From contig OZ220089.1 of the NCBI GenBank assembly GCA_964291625.2, positions 4,322,554 through 4,386,553 of the forward strand: DNA of 64,000 nucleotides, in the 5' to 3' direction. This DNA comes from Candidatus Latescibacterota bacterium. Its GTDB lineage: Bacteria; Latescibacterota; UBA2968; UBA8231. Shown here in pieces: positions 43,770-53,380 of this stretch. How positions within the stretch are numbered: the stretch's first letter is position 1; every line of letters begins with the position of its first letter. The notes under the pieces are model-generated. The model ran no database searches and was not told the DNA's origin. It saw nothing but the letters and a program-made list of their open reading frames with translations. The position numbers and the translations under genes were made by a program.

Positions 43770-45103
43770 CGGGAATGTGCGCCGGCTGGGCGCGGGAGGA
43801 GATCACTCCCCCGGCGGGGATCCACATGGGCGGCTACTGGGGACGCCGGTCGGGCGCCACCGGGATCCACGATCCGCTCTCCGCCTCGGTGATCCTGTGG
43901 CGTTCGCGCGGCAGGGGCGCCGCTCTGGTCGCCCTCGACCTGGTGGGCGTGGCCCCCGGGCTTGCGGACCGCATCCGGGGCCAGGTGGCGGCGGCGGCGG
44001 GCTCTGCCCTCTCCATCCGCCCCGAAGCGGTGACCGTCTGCTGCAGCCACACCCACGCCGGCCCCCTGACCATGCCCTTCCGCGGCATGGGGGAGGTGGA
44101 CACCGGCTACCTGGAAACGGTATGCGAGGGCGTGGGGCGCTGCGCCGGGAGGGCCGCGGAGGGCCTTCGGCCGGTGCGCCTGCGATACGCCCGTCCGCCG
44201 GTCCGCATCGGCGTCAACCGGAGGCAGGCCCGGCGGGGCGAGGTCGTCATCGGCGAGGACCCCCTCGGACCGGTGGCCTCCCACGCGCATGTCCTCGTAC
44301 TCGAGGCGCTCTCCGGAGCCCCCCGCAAGGCGGTCCTGTTCCAGCACGCGTGCCATCCCGTCGTCCTCCCCGGCGCCAACCACGAGATCAGCGCCGACTT
44401 CCCTGGGGCCGCCCGCCGAGCCGTGGAGGAGCGCACCGGCGCCCTGGCGGTCTTCGTCAACGGCGCCGCCGCCGACATCAATCCCCGCGGAGGCCACGGC
44501 ACCTTCGACGAGGTCGAGTCCCTGGGCGCCGAGCTGGGCGCCGCCGTCGCCGCCGCCGAGGCCGCGGCCCGGGAACTCGAAGGGGACGGCATCGCCTGGA
44601 GCCAGGCTCGTCTCGACCTGCCCCTGACCGCCGCCACCGCTGCCATGGAGGAGGAGGTCCGGCGCTCCCTGGACGACTTGGAAGAGGCGGTGAGCAGCGC
44701 CGGTCCGGATCCGTGGGAACGCCGGGTCCCGGAGGCTGGCCGCGACTGGGCCCGGCAGTGGCTCGCCGAGGCCGCCCGCGGCGGTCCCGCGGGGAGCCAG
44801 GCCTTCGAGATCCACGGCCTGCGGATCGGCCCCCTCGCCCTGCTGGGGATGGAAGGCGAGATCTTCGTGCGCTACCAGCTCGACCTGGAGCGCGGGTGCG
44901 CGGCGCCGATGATCCTGTGCGGCTATGCCAACGGCTGCGTCGGGTACGTGCCCACCGCCGACGAGTACGAGCGCGGCGGCTACGAGATCGACCAGGCCTA
45001 CAAGGTCTACCCGAGCGTCCGCATGATCGCCCCGGAGAGCGAGGCGATCGTCCGGGCGGGGGCCTGGCAAGTGCTCGACAGTCTGGGGATCGGCCGGCGC
45101 TGA
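43766..45103 (+). CDS. Neutral/alkaline ceramidase-like hydrolase family protein
   Basis: ORF-track 445 aa. 'GIHMGGY', 'DPLSASV' and 'VCCSHTHAGP' resemble the neutral ceramidase N-terminal domain. Confidence 0.6.
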   Translation: MTGMCAGWAREEITPPAGIHMGGYWGRRSGATGIHDPLSASVILWRSRGRGAALVALDLVGVAPGLADRIRGQVAAAAGSALSIRPEAVTVCCSHTHAGPLTMPFRGMGEVDTGYLETVCEGVGRCAGRAAEGLRPVRLRYARPPVRIGVNRRQARRGEVVIGEDPLGPVASHAHVLVLEALSGAPRKAVLFQHACHPVVLPGANHEISADFPGAARRAVEERTGALAVFVNGAAADINPRGGHGTFDEVESLGAELGAAVAAAEAAARELEGDGIAWSQARLDLPLTAATAAMEEEVRRSLDDLEEAVSSAGPDPWERRVPEAGRDWARQWLAEAARGGPAGSQAFEIHGLRIGPLALLGMEGEIFVRYQLDLERGCAAPMILCGYANGCVGYVPTADEYERGGYEIDQAYKVYPSVRMIAPESEAIVRAGAWQVLDSLGIGRR

Positions 45104-45140
45104 TCACGACCGGCGCCCGAGGTTTGCCCCGGCTCTGCCC

Positions 45141-45899
45141 TTGAGGCATCTTCATCGAGCGATGAGCCAATCGCTTTCTCCGCCGGCCATGGACCTGTCC
45201 CGCGAGCAGCTCGACACCCTCGCGCTCGAGCTCGAGGCGCTCTACGAGCAGGTGCCCTCCACCTGCTGCGCCAACTCGGGGGAGTGCTGCGAGCTGACGG
45301 AGGAGGAGATGGACGAGGGCTACGCCACGATGTTTCCCCTCTATCGGGCCGAGTACGCCCACATCGTCGATCACGTCCGCTCGAACTTCCCGGAGGAACG
45401 TCAGCGCCAGCTGCTGACCTTCACCGAGGAGCGGCCCCGCCGCTGCCCCTTCCTGGGGCCCGACCGCGGCTGCACGATCTACGCCGCGAGGCCGCTGATC
45501 TGCCGGACCTACGCGGTGATGAACCCCGAGACCATCCGCGAAGCGGCCCGGCGCCACGAGGGCGAGGTGCCGGAGGAGTGGGTCCGCCGCTTCGTCCGGC
45601 GCGAGGGCGGCATGGTCTGCCCGCGGGTGACGGTGACGCAGCCGGAGAAGCTGGTCCGCCACGCCCGCAACCTCGTCACCGGCGCCTACGAGCACGCCCT
45701 CGCGCGGCTGAGCAACCGCCTCTCCCTGGTCACCCCGCATCGGGAGAGCCTGGTCCGCCGCATCATCCGGCGCCGCTCGTGGCCGCTGCGCTGGACCTGG
45801 GGCGGGTACAACGCCCTGAGCCTGACGCCCGTCGCATGGGTGGAATCCAGGTTGAGGGGGTACTGGCGCCGCGCCCAGTTGAAGGACCTCGATTCCTGA
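45141..45899 (+). CDS. YkgJ-family cysteine-cluster protein
   Basis: ORF-track 252 aa. 'CCANSGECCE' and 'RCPFLGPDRGCTIYAARPLICRTY' are present. The start may be the internal ATG at 45162. Confidence 0.65.
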   Translation: MRHLHRAMSQSLSPPAMDLSREQLDTLALELEALYEQVPSTCCANSGECCELTEEEMDEGYATMFPLYRAEYAHIVDHVRSNFPEERQRQLLTFTEERPRRCPFLGPDRGCTIYAARPLICRTYAVMNPETIREAARRHEGEVPEEWVRRFVRREGGMVCPRVTVTQPEKLVRHARNLVTGAYEHALARLSNRLSLVTPHRESLVRRIIRRRSWPLRWTWGGYNALSLTPVAWVESRLRGYWRRAQLKDLDS

Positions 45900-45915
45900 A
45901 GGGAGGGGAAGGAGC

Positions 45916-47082
45916 ATGAAGACCTATCGCGTAGCGATTCTCGGGTGCCGGGGCCGCGGCGGAGCCGCGGGACGCGCCTACTTCCAGCATCCACGGACCG
46001 AGGTCGTGGCCCTCTGCGACCTGGTGCCGGAGCGACTCGAGGAGCTCGGCGGGGAGTTGGGCGTGTCGGCGCGCTACGACGACTACCACCGCATGATCGA
46101 GCAGGAGGCCCCGGACATCGTCGCCATTCCCACGGGCACCGAGTTCCACTACGCCCTGTCCATGGGCGTTCTCGAGCACGGGGTCTCCATCGACGTGGAG
46201 AAGCCCATGTGCCAGGCCCTGGACGAGGCCGATCGGGTCATCGACAGGGCCGCCGGGAAGGGGGTGCGCATCGCCGTCCACCACCAGGGGCGCACGGGAG
46301 GGGCCATGCGGGCCGTGAAGAAGGCCGTCGACGAGGGCGCCATCGGCTCCCTCCGGTTCCTCCTCGGCAGCTGCAAAGGGTACTACGCCGGCTACGGCTT
46401 GATGAACATCGGCACCCACATGCTCAACAACATGATCGGCCTTGCCGGCCACTGCCGGGCGGTGCAGGCCACGGCCCTCACCGCCGGCCGGCCGGTCACC
46501 CCCGAGGATGTGGTCCCCGCGGCCTCGGGCATGGGCATCGTCGCCGGCGAGCACGTCACCGCCAACCTGCGCTTCGATCCCTGCGAGGGCCACGGCCTCA
46601 CCGGCGTCCTCGTGCAGCACCGCTTTCCCGTGGTCGATTCCACCGGGTACTGCCTGGAGGTGTACGGCTCGGAGGGCCGGCTGTTCTGGACGATGCGCAA
46701 TGCCTGGCTGCTGCCGACGCCCCACGACGTGCCCGGCTCCGGGGTCGAGTGGCAGCGCCTGGAGAGCATCGTCCCCGATCACTACGACCCGGAGGGCCCG
46801 TCCACCGAGGCCGACTACAACTACGCCGACGAGTACGTGCGCGCCCTCGACGAGGGCCGCGAGCACGAGTGCAGCGGCATCGAGGGCCGTCACGTGATGG
46901 AGATCCTCATGGGGATCTTCGAGTCCGGCGCCCATCGCCGGGAAGTCGAGCTGCCCCAGGCCGACCGGGGCCACCCCCTGGAGGCCTGGCGGGAGGCGGC
47001 CGGCCTCGACGAGCCGGCGGAGATGCCGCGCCCCTACGGGGAGTGGCTGCAGGTCGAGGACCGCCGTCTCGGCCGAGCCTGA
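45916..47082 (+). CDS. Gfo/Idh/MocA-family oxidoreductase
   Basis: ORF-track 388 aa. Rossmann N-terminus 'YRVAILGCRGRG' and 'VEKPMC' are present. Confidence 0.85.
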   Translation: MKTYRVAILGCRGRGGAAGRAYFQHPRTEVVALCDLVPERLEELGGELGVSARYDDYHRMIEQEAPDIVAIPTGTEFHYALSMGVLEHGVSIDVEKPMCQALDEADRVIDRAAGKGVRIAVHHQGRTGGAMRAVKKAVDEGAIGSLRFLLGSCKGYYAGYGLMNIGTHMLNNMIGLAGHCRAVQATALTAGRPVTPEDVVPAASGMGIVAGEHVTANLRFDPCEGHGLTGVLVQHRFPVVDSTGYCLEVYGSEGRLFWTMRNAWLLPTPHDVPGSGVEWQRLESIVPDHYDPEGPSTEADYNYADEYVRALDEGREHECSGIEGRHVMEILMGIFESGAHRREVELPQADRGHPLEAWREAAGLDEPAEMPRPYGEWLQVEDRRLGRA

Positions 47083-47121
47083 CCGGCGCCCGAAGTCCTC
47101 CCATCAGCCTGCAGCATCGAC

Positions 47122-47153
47122 GACCTCCCCCGGGCGTACCACCGGGGGAGGTC
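47122..47153 (+). terminator. Perfect 12-bp hairpin after the oxidoreductase gene (no U-tract)
   Basis: GACCTCCCCCGG, loop GCGTACCA, CCGGGGGAGGTC. The absence of a T-run makes intrinsic termination uncertain. Confidence 0.35.
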
Positions 47154-47272
47154 GCCGCTCCATGCGGTTGCGCGAACACCGCGTATATGGATGTTCTCTT
47201 GAATCTCCTTTCCGCTGGACAGGGAGGCGGGGAGGAGGGACAGACCGGTTTCTTGCACCCACGAGGAGCCCC

Positions 47273-48115
47273 ATGGTCATCCACACCGACGACGACGCCG
47301 AGGTTCTGCGCCGCTACTTCCACGACATCGAGGACTCCCGGCCATTGCCTCGGGAGCGCGAGGTCGAGTTGGCCGAGCGCATCACCCGGGGGGACATGGA
47401 GGCCCGGGACGAGTTGGTGCGGGCCAACCTGCGCTTTGTCGTCGACGTGGCCCGCCAGTACCAGAACCGCGGGCTCACCATGGCCGAGCTGGTCAGCGCC
47501 GGCAACATGGGCCTCATGAAGGCGGCCGACCGCTTCGACGGAGAGCGGGGGTTCAAGTTCATCTCCTACGCCGTCTGGTGGATCCGCCAGTCGATCATGC
47601 AGACCCTGACGGATCAGACGCGCACGGTGCGGGTGCCGGTGACGCGACAGAACATGATGCGCGACATCACCCGGGCGACCCAGCATCTCGGGGGCGACCA
47701 GCGCGACGTCACCGTGGGCGAGATCGCGGAGAGGCTGGGCGTGGCCGAGGCCGAGGTCCTGGAGACGATGATGAAGGGGCGGCCCGAGACCTCCCTCGAC
47801 CGCACCTTCGAGGAGGGCGACGACCGCAACCTGCTGAGCACGATCCCCGACGAGTCCGTCGACCTGGCCGACGACGCCGTCTCCGAGCGCGACTGCAGGG
47901 CCCGGATCGAGGGCGTGCTGTCCACCCTCGAGGACCGTGAGCGCTACATCGTCCGCTGCTACTACGGTCTCGACGGGGAGGAGCCCCTGACCCTGGAGCA
48001 GATCGGCGGGTCCATGGGTCTGACGCGGGAGCGCGTGCGCCAGTTGAAGGAGCGCGCCCTTGGCCGGATGCGCGATCCCGAGCGCTACCACCTCCAGGAG
48101 CAGGCCGCCGGCTGA
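47273..48115 (+). CDS. RNA polymerase sigma factor, RpoD/RpoS-like (short, lacks region 1.1)
   Basis: ATG at 47273 follows GAGGAG (residue 38 of ORF 47162..48115). Region 2 is 'GNMGLMKAADRFDGERGFKFISYAVWWIRQSI'. Region 4.2 is 'TLEQIGGSMGLTRERVRQLKERAL'. Confidence 0.9.
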   Translation: MVIHTDDDAEVLRRYFHDIEDSRPLPREREVELAERITRGDMEARDELVRANLRFVVDVARQYQNRGLTMAELVSAGNMGLMKAADRFDGERGFKFISYAVWWIRQSIMQTLTDQTRTVRVPVTRQNMMRDITRATQHLGGDQRDVTVGEIAERLGVAEAEVLETMMKGRPETSLDRTFEEGDDRNLLSTIPDESVDLADDAVSERDCRARIEGVLSTLEDRERYIVRCYYGLDGEEPLTLEQIGGSMGLTRERVRQLKERALGRMRDPERYHLQEQAAG

Positions 48116-48156
48116 GGCCCTGGACCGTGGCGGTCGGGGTCTCTGTTCTGCGGGGG

Positions 48157-49014
48157 TTACTCTGCCGCCAGGCGGCGCAGAGTCTCGAGGTTCATCACGT
48201 CCTCGGCCAGGTCCGGGCCCTTCGGCGTCTCCAGGATCATGGGCACCCCGCGCAGACGCGGGTCGGCGAGGACGTTGCGGAACCCCCGGAGACCGATGCA
48301 CCCGGCGCCGATGTGCTCGTGGCGGTCCCGCCGCGAGCCCAGGGGCGCCTTGCTGTCGTTCACGTGCAGGACCTTGAGCCTCTCCAGGCCGACGGTCTCG
48401 GCGAATCGACTCATCATGCCGGCGTAGCCGTCGGCGCCGGTCAGGTCGTACCCCGCGGCGAAGACGTGGCACGTGTCCAGGCAGACGCCCATCATCGCCC
48501 GGTTGTCCACCCCGTCGATGATCGCGGCCAGCTCCTCGAAGCGGGCCCCCAGGTGGGTGCCGGTCCCCGCGGTCGTCTCCAGGCAGAGGACGACCTCGCT
48601 GCCGGGCAGCTCGTCGAAGAGGCGGTTGCAGGCGGCCGCGATCCGCGCCACTCCCGCGTCGGCGCCCGAGCCCAGGTGGGCCCCGGGATGGAAGACGAGG
48701 TTGGGAATGCCCAGGACGTGGCAGCGCTCCACCTCCTCCCGGAAGGACTGCCAGGACTTCTCCCTGAGCTCCCCGTCCGGCGTCGCCAGGTTGATCAGAT
48801 AGCTGTTGTGGGAGCAGGCCACGATGATGCCCGCCTCCGTCATCGCCTCGAACCAGAGCTCCAGCTCCCCGGCCATGAGGTCGCGCGCCGCCCACTGGTG
48901 GTTCGCCTTGTTGAAGACCTGGATGGCGTCGCAGGTGGCCTCCTGGGCCCGGTCGAAGGCCCGGTGCAGGCCGCCGGCGATCGACACGTGGGCGCCGAGG
49001 AGGTGGCCGGACAC
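48157..49014 (-). CDS. nfo: Endonuclease IV
   Basis: C-terminal part of ORF 48157..50022. GTG at 49014 lies 2 nt after the upstream stop. Motifs seen: 'LGAHVSIAGG', 'LVFHPGAH', 'LETTAG', 'CLDTCH', 'LHVNDSK'. Confidence 0.9.
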   Translation of the reverse strand: MSGHLLGAHVSIAGGLHRAFDRAQEATCDAIQVFNKANHQWAARDLMAGELELWFEAMTEAGIIVACSHNSYLINLATPDGELREKSWQSFREEVERCHVLGIPNLVFHPGAHLGSGADAGVARIAAACNRLFDELPGSEVVLCLETTAGTGTHLGARFEELAAIIDGVDNRAMMGVCLDTCHVFAAGYDLTGADGYAGMMSRFAETVGLERLKVLHVNDSKAPLGSRRDRHEHIGAGCIGLRGFRNVLADPRLRGVPMILETPKGPDLAEDVMNLETLRRLAAE

Positions 49015-49016
49015 GC

Positions 49017-50246
49017 TCAGGAACCCGCCGCCGGGGGCAGGACCAGCTCTTCCTGGTCGCGGACCCCGTACGTCGGCGGCAGCTCCCGGTAGTCGGTGCC
49101 GGAGCGAGCGTTCCAGTCCCAGACGATCCCTCCGTCCTTGAGGGTCAGCTCGCAGAGCAGCCGCCGGTCCCCCTCGAGCCGCCCGTCGAAGGAGTCCATG
49201 TAACCGAAGCGGCCCTCCTCCAGCCGCAGGACGGCCACGTCGGCGGCGGCGCCCACGGACAGGGTTCCGTGCTCGGGACGGTTGATCACCCGGGCGGGCT
49301 CCACCGTCGACAGCCGAACCACGTCGGCCAGAGGCATGCCCATGACGAGGAACTTCGACATCGTCGTCGGCATGTCGAGCATGCCCAGGTTCATGCTGCT
49401 GTGGTGCAGATCGGTGGAGATCGAGTCCGGCCAGAAGCCCTGCTCCACGCACGGCACGGCGTTGCGGAAGCAGAAGCTGCCGGCCCCGTGGCCGACGTCG
49501 AAGAGCACGCCCCGCTCGCGGGCGGCGGGCAGGTAGGGCAGCACCCGGCCCTCGGCGTCGACGCAGGGCACGGGACCGCGGTAGACGTGTGTGGAGATGT
49601 CCCCGGGCCTGAGCTTGTGCCCCACGAGCTCGTAGTACGGGCGCTCCCGTTTGAAGAACCCGAAGTCGACCATGACCGGCATGTCCGCCTGCTCGCCGGC
49701 CTGCAGGACCCGGTCCACCTGGGTCCAGTCGGGGGGGATGTAGTGGGCGCACTTCAGGCCGACGACCACGTCCTCGTGCTCGCGGGCGACGCCGGCGCAG
49801 GCCTCCGGGTCCATGTCCCAGACGTTCTGCTCCGCCGACATCATGGTCATGCCCAGGCCGACGATGTTCACCAGGGCATAGGTGCGGGTCTGGAAGCGGT
49901 CGAGGACCCGGTTGCGGAAGTCGGGTAGATTGCGGTACCCGGCCGAGCCGGTGTCGACCATGGTCGTCGTGCCGGAGCGGAAGCTGAAGCCGTCGGGCAG
50001 GACGCTCTTGTCGCCGGCCCATCCCTGGGGGTTGCCGGGGGTGGCGTAGAGGTGGACGTGAATGTCCACCAGGCCGGGGGTGACGTAGAGGCGGCTCACG
50101 TCGATGACACGGGCCGCCTGATCGGGAGGGATGCGGGTGTCCACGGCGGCGATGCGGCCACCGGCGACGGCCACGTCACGGCCCTCGTCGATGCCGTTGG
50201 CCGGGTCGATGACGTGCCCGCCCCTCAACAACAGGTCGAAGCGCAT
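49017..50246 (-). CDS. Metal-dependent amidohydrolase (dihydroorotase/deacetylase-like)
   Basis: C-terminal part of ORF 49017..51626. ATG at 50246 follows AGGAG. 'LLLRGGHVIDP' and 'PGLVDIHVHL' (the HxH metal site) are present. Confidence 0.8.
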   Translation of the reverse strand: MRFDLLLRGGHVIDPANGIDEGRDVAVAGGRIAAVDTRIPPDQAARVIDVSRLYVTPGLVDIHVHLYATPGNPQGWAGDKSVLPDGFSFRSGTTTMVDTGSAGYRNLPDFRNRVLDRFQTRTYALVNIVGLGMTMMSAEQNVWDMDPEACAGVAREHEDVVVGLKCAHYIPPDWTQVDRVLQAGEQADMPVMVDFGFFKRERPYYELVGHKLRPGDISTHVYRGPVPCVDAEGRVLPYLPAARERGVLFDVGHGAGSFCFRNAVPCVEQGFWPDSISTDLHHSSMNLGMLDMPTTMSKFLVMGMPLADVVRLSTVEPARVINRPEHGTLSVGAAADVAVLRLEEGRFGYMDSFDGRLEGDRRLLCELTLKDGGIVWDWNARSGTDYRELPPTYGVRDQEELVLPPAAGS

Positions 50247-50312
50247 GAGGTCTCCTGAGACGGATCGGGGTTGAGCCGTTAAGATAGCAGGATCGCCCGG
50301 GTCCGCTGATCG

Positions 50313-51497
50313 ATGAGCCATCCCTCCAGACGCGTCCTCCTGTCCCTCCTCGCCTCGGCTTTGATACACCTGGTGGTGGTCGGCCTGCTGGAGTGGCTGG
50401 TGCCCCCGAGGATCGAGCGCGAGAGCTGGCGGCCCACCGTCCGGCGCTACCGCCCCCTGCCCGTGCGGCGCCACGAGACGCGGGCGCCGGTCCCCGTGTC
50501 GCGGGAGATGGTCCGGCGCGTGCTGGGAACCGAGCCGTCCCTGGCGGCCGTGCCTCCTGCCGGCGACGCCGCACCCCTCCCCCTGCCGGAGAGGCCGCCC
50601 CCGGCGGCGGAGCGGGTCCAGCCTCTCGACGTCAGGCAACCACGGGAGCGCGAGGCGGACACGGTGCCCGACAGCGTGATGTGGAAGGACCAGGTGACGG
50701 ACCTGCCGGTCCCCGACCCGGTCGAGCTGGACGCGGAGCGCCGGCGCCGCAACGTGGCCATCATCGACCCGGCCACGGGAAAGCTCGAGCGGGCCTGGCT
50801 GCACCTGCCCGTCTACGGGGCCGGGGGGCCTGCAGATCCCCGGGCGGGGGCCTTGGCCGACGCGCCGGCATTCCTCGAGCGCGGAGCCATGCTGCCAGGC
50901 CCGGTACCCCTCCAGATCGAGATCAAGTGGTTCCGCCTGGGCAGACCGGCCCGGATCATCGAGGGGATCACGAAGAAGGTCGAACCCATCCACTCCTTTC
51001 CGAGCTATCCGGAGCGGCACATCCTTCACCGAAGCGAGATGCGGGAGTTCTCGGTCCTCCATCTCGGGCACGTCGACGTCGAGTCCCTCGAGGCGATGGT
51101 GGAGTACCTGGCGCAGGGAGGACTTGGCATCATGGATTCGAGGCAGCTGGCCCTGTGCGAGACCGGGCTGAAGCGCCTCTACGGCAGTCGCGTGGAACGG
51201 CGGCTCCTCGAGCTGGGTCATCCCCTGTTCCACTCCTTCTACGACATCACCCGCTACGGTCTCAGCAACGCTCTCTGCACGGGCTTCGGACCGGTCACCG
51301 CCCTGGTCCTCGACGGGCGCGTCGCGGCCACGACACCGTCCTCCCCGCTTCAACGCCCGGATGACCTGTCCGTCGAACCGCATGTTCGTCAACCACCTGG
51401 CCTTCGCCCTCATCCAGCCGAGCCGCCATGGGGGGGCGGTACGAGGCCCGGCGTTGATCGGCACCGCCGGGAAGACTTGAATCTCCCGCTCCACTGA
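50313..51497 (+). CDS. Membrane-anchored DUF4159-like protein (3' end probably frameshifted)
   Basis: ORF-track 394 aa with an N-terminal TM helix. 'LEAMVEYLAQGG' and 'LELGHPLFHSFYDI' resemble DUF4159. After about 51345 the high-GC3 coding signal moves to another frame. Confidence 0.55.
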   Translation: MSHPSRRVLLSLLASALIHLVVVGLLEWLVPPRIERESWRPTVRRYRPLPVRRHETRAPVPVSREMVRRVLGTEPSLAAVPPAGDAAPLPLPERPPPAAERVQPLDVRQPREREADTVPDSVMWKDQVTDLPVPDPVELDAERRRRNVAIIDPATGKLERAWLHLPVYGAGGPADPRAGALADAPAFLERGAMLPGPVPLQIEIKWFRLGRPARIIEGITKKVEPIHSFPSYPERHILHRSEMREFSVLHLGHVDVESLEAMVEYLAQGGLGIMDSRQLALCETGLKRLYGSRVERRLLELGHPLFHSFYDITRYGLSNALCTGFGPVTALVLDGRVAATTPSSPLQRPDDLSVEPHVRQPPGLRPHPAEPPWGGGTRPGVDRHRREDLNLPLH

Positions 51498-51522
51498 CCG
51501 CAGGCCATCCGAGGAGGCACGA

Positions 51523-52284
51523 GTGAGCGACATGATACGAGAGGGACGGCGGGTGCTGGTCTTCAGCGCCCACGCCGCCGACTTCTGCTCCCGGGCGGGG
51601 GGCACCATCGCGCGGCTGACCGACAAGGGCAGCGAGGTCCGCGTCTACGACCTCAGCTACGGCGAGAAGTGCGAGTCCCCTGCCCTGTGGGCGCGGCAGC
51701 CGGCGCCGACCATGGAGGAGGTGAAAGCCGAGCGCGGGCGCGAGATGAGCGCGGCGGCGCAGGTCCTCGGCGCCGAGATCGAGTGCCTCGACTGGGGCGA
51801 CAGCCCCCTCATCGTCGACGAGGACCGCCGGCAGCAGTTGCTGACCCTGTTCCGTCGCTTCCGGCCCGACCTGGTGCTGAGCCACTGGATCGACGACGTC
51901 CTGCACCCCGATCACATGGAGACCACCCGCGCCGTGGTCTGGGCCAGCCGCTACTGCTCCCGGCCCGGTCTCGAGCTCGACGAGCCGCCGACGCCGGCCC
52001 CCCAGGTGGCGTTCTACGAGACCACCCTGGGCACGGCCCCGGTGGCCCGCTTCCTGCCCAACCTGTTCGTCGACATCGGCCCGGTGCAGGCCCGCAAGCG
52101 GGAGGCCCTGGAGCACCTGAAGGCCCAGCCGGACCTGCCCGACCGCTACGAAACCCTCGCCCGCTACCGCGCCTTGGAGGCCCAGTCCACGGCCTGGATG
52201 AAGGGCTGCGAGTTCGCCGAGGCCTTCGTGCGCCTGGGCACGGAGGCGGCCGGCTTCGAGGGCCCGAGCGGCTTCGGCCCCTAG
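51523..52284 (+). CDS. PIG-L/LmbE-family deacetylase
   Basis: ORF-track 253 aa. Motifs seen: 'VLVFSAHAADF', 'VLHPDHMET'. Confidence 0.8.
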   Translation: MSDMIREGRRVLVFSAHAADFCSRAGGTIARLTDKGSEVRVYDLSYGEKCESPALWARQPAPTMEEVKAERGREMSAAAQVLGAEIECLDWGDSPLIVDEDRRQQLLTLFRRFRPDLVLSHWIDDVLHPDHMETTRAVVWASRYCSRPGLELDEPPTPAPQVAFYETTLGTAPVARFLPNLFVDIGPVQARKREALEHLKAQPDLPDRYETLARYRALEAQSTAWMKGCEFAEAFVRLGTEAAGFEGPSGFGP

Positions 52285-53228
52285 TCCGTCCGGGGGGGCC
52301 GCCGGAAGAGGAACAGCAGGGGGCGCGTGTCCCCGGGGTCGGTCTGCCGGCCGCGGCCGTTGTTGTCGAGCACGACGTACACGTGCTCGGCGTCCATGCA
52401 CAGACCCTCGGCGCGGCCGGAGCGCTGGTTCAGGTAGCGGTACTCCGGTGCGCCGGTGACCTCGCCGAAGCTCCAGAAGGCCAGCTCCCGCAGCTCGCCC
52501 GCCTCGTACTCGATGCGCAGCACCGCCTCGGCGTTGCGGCTGAGGGCGTAGAGATGCTCCCCGTCGTGGAACAGGTCGGAGAAGTCGGGCTCAAGCGGCT
52601 CCGGCAGTTCCAGCAGGGACTCGCCGAAGGCGTGGGCGGAGACGGCCGCCTCGCCGTCGCCGGGATCGACGACGACCTCCACCAGGCCCCGGGGGGCGCG
52701 CTCGGCGGCCAGCAGGAGGCGGCCGCCCCCGAGCAGGGCCAGGCCCTCGAGGCGGGCCTTCTTGTCGCCGAAGAGTCCGGCCTTCAGGCCCTCCGCCTCG
52801 ACGCCGGGGGTGACCCAGGCGAGGTCGGTGCCGGTCTCGTGGACGCGCAGCACCCGCAGGATCGCCTCGCTCACCAGGAAGAAGAAGCCGTCCTTGTAGG
52901 CGATGCCCTCGAAGTCGAGGGAGAGGACCCAGGCTCCCGACCAGGGGGGGTTGAAGGTGACGTGAGGCTCGAGGACGGCGCGGTCGGGGCCCAGGCGGAT
53001 GCGGCAGACGGCGTGGTCGTGCTGGTCGGAGACGGCGTAGAGCCGGCCGTCGACAATGGTCAGCCCCGAGGGATGGGCGTTGTCCAGGCCTTCCACCGGC
53101 AGGGCGCGGACCAGCTGCAGGGGGATCGTCTCGGCGGACCACGCCGCCTGGGCCGCCAGGGCCGCGGCGCATACCAGGGCGAGCAACTGGCGGCGGGTCG
53201 ACGAGCCTCGGAGTCCGGAGAGAGCCAT
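52281..53228 (-). CDS. Exported repeat/propeller-like protein with Tat-type signal; family uncertain
   Basis: ORF 52281..53330. The likely start is the ATG at 53228: 'MALSGLRGSSTRRQLLALVCAAALAAQAAWS' carries a twin-arginine STRRQLL. The rest is beta-rich, possibly SdiA-regulated/phytase-like. Confidence 0.5.
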   Translation of the reverse strand: MALSGLRGSSTRRQLLALVCAAALAAQAAWSAETIPLQLVRALPVEGLDNAHPSGLTIVDGRLYAVSDQHDHAVCRIRLGPDRAVLEPHVTFNPPWSGAWVLSLDFEGIAYKDGFFFLVSEAILRVLRVHETGTDLAWVTPGVEAEGLKAGLFGDKKARLEGLALLGGGRLLLAAERAPRGLVEVVVDPGDGEAAVSAHAFGESLLELPEPLEPDFSDLFHDGEHLYALSRNAEAVLRIEYEAGELRELAFWSFGEVTGAPEYRYLNQRSGRAEGLCMDAEHVYVVLDNNGRGRQTDPGDTRPLLFLFRRPPRTD

Positions 53229-53380
53229 CGGCCTTTTCCATCCCGGGGGGGAATCCAGCGGTCTCGGACCTCCCGCCGGCGTCCCTCCCGGGCTCACAGA
53301 ATACCGCCTCGGGATGGCGCGGGAAAGCATCTCCCTTTTCCGCCCGGAGGGGCGCGGTCGGGACTGTGCTGCGGCTCCGC

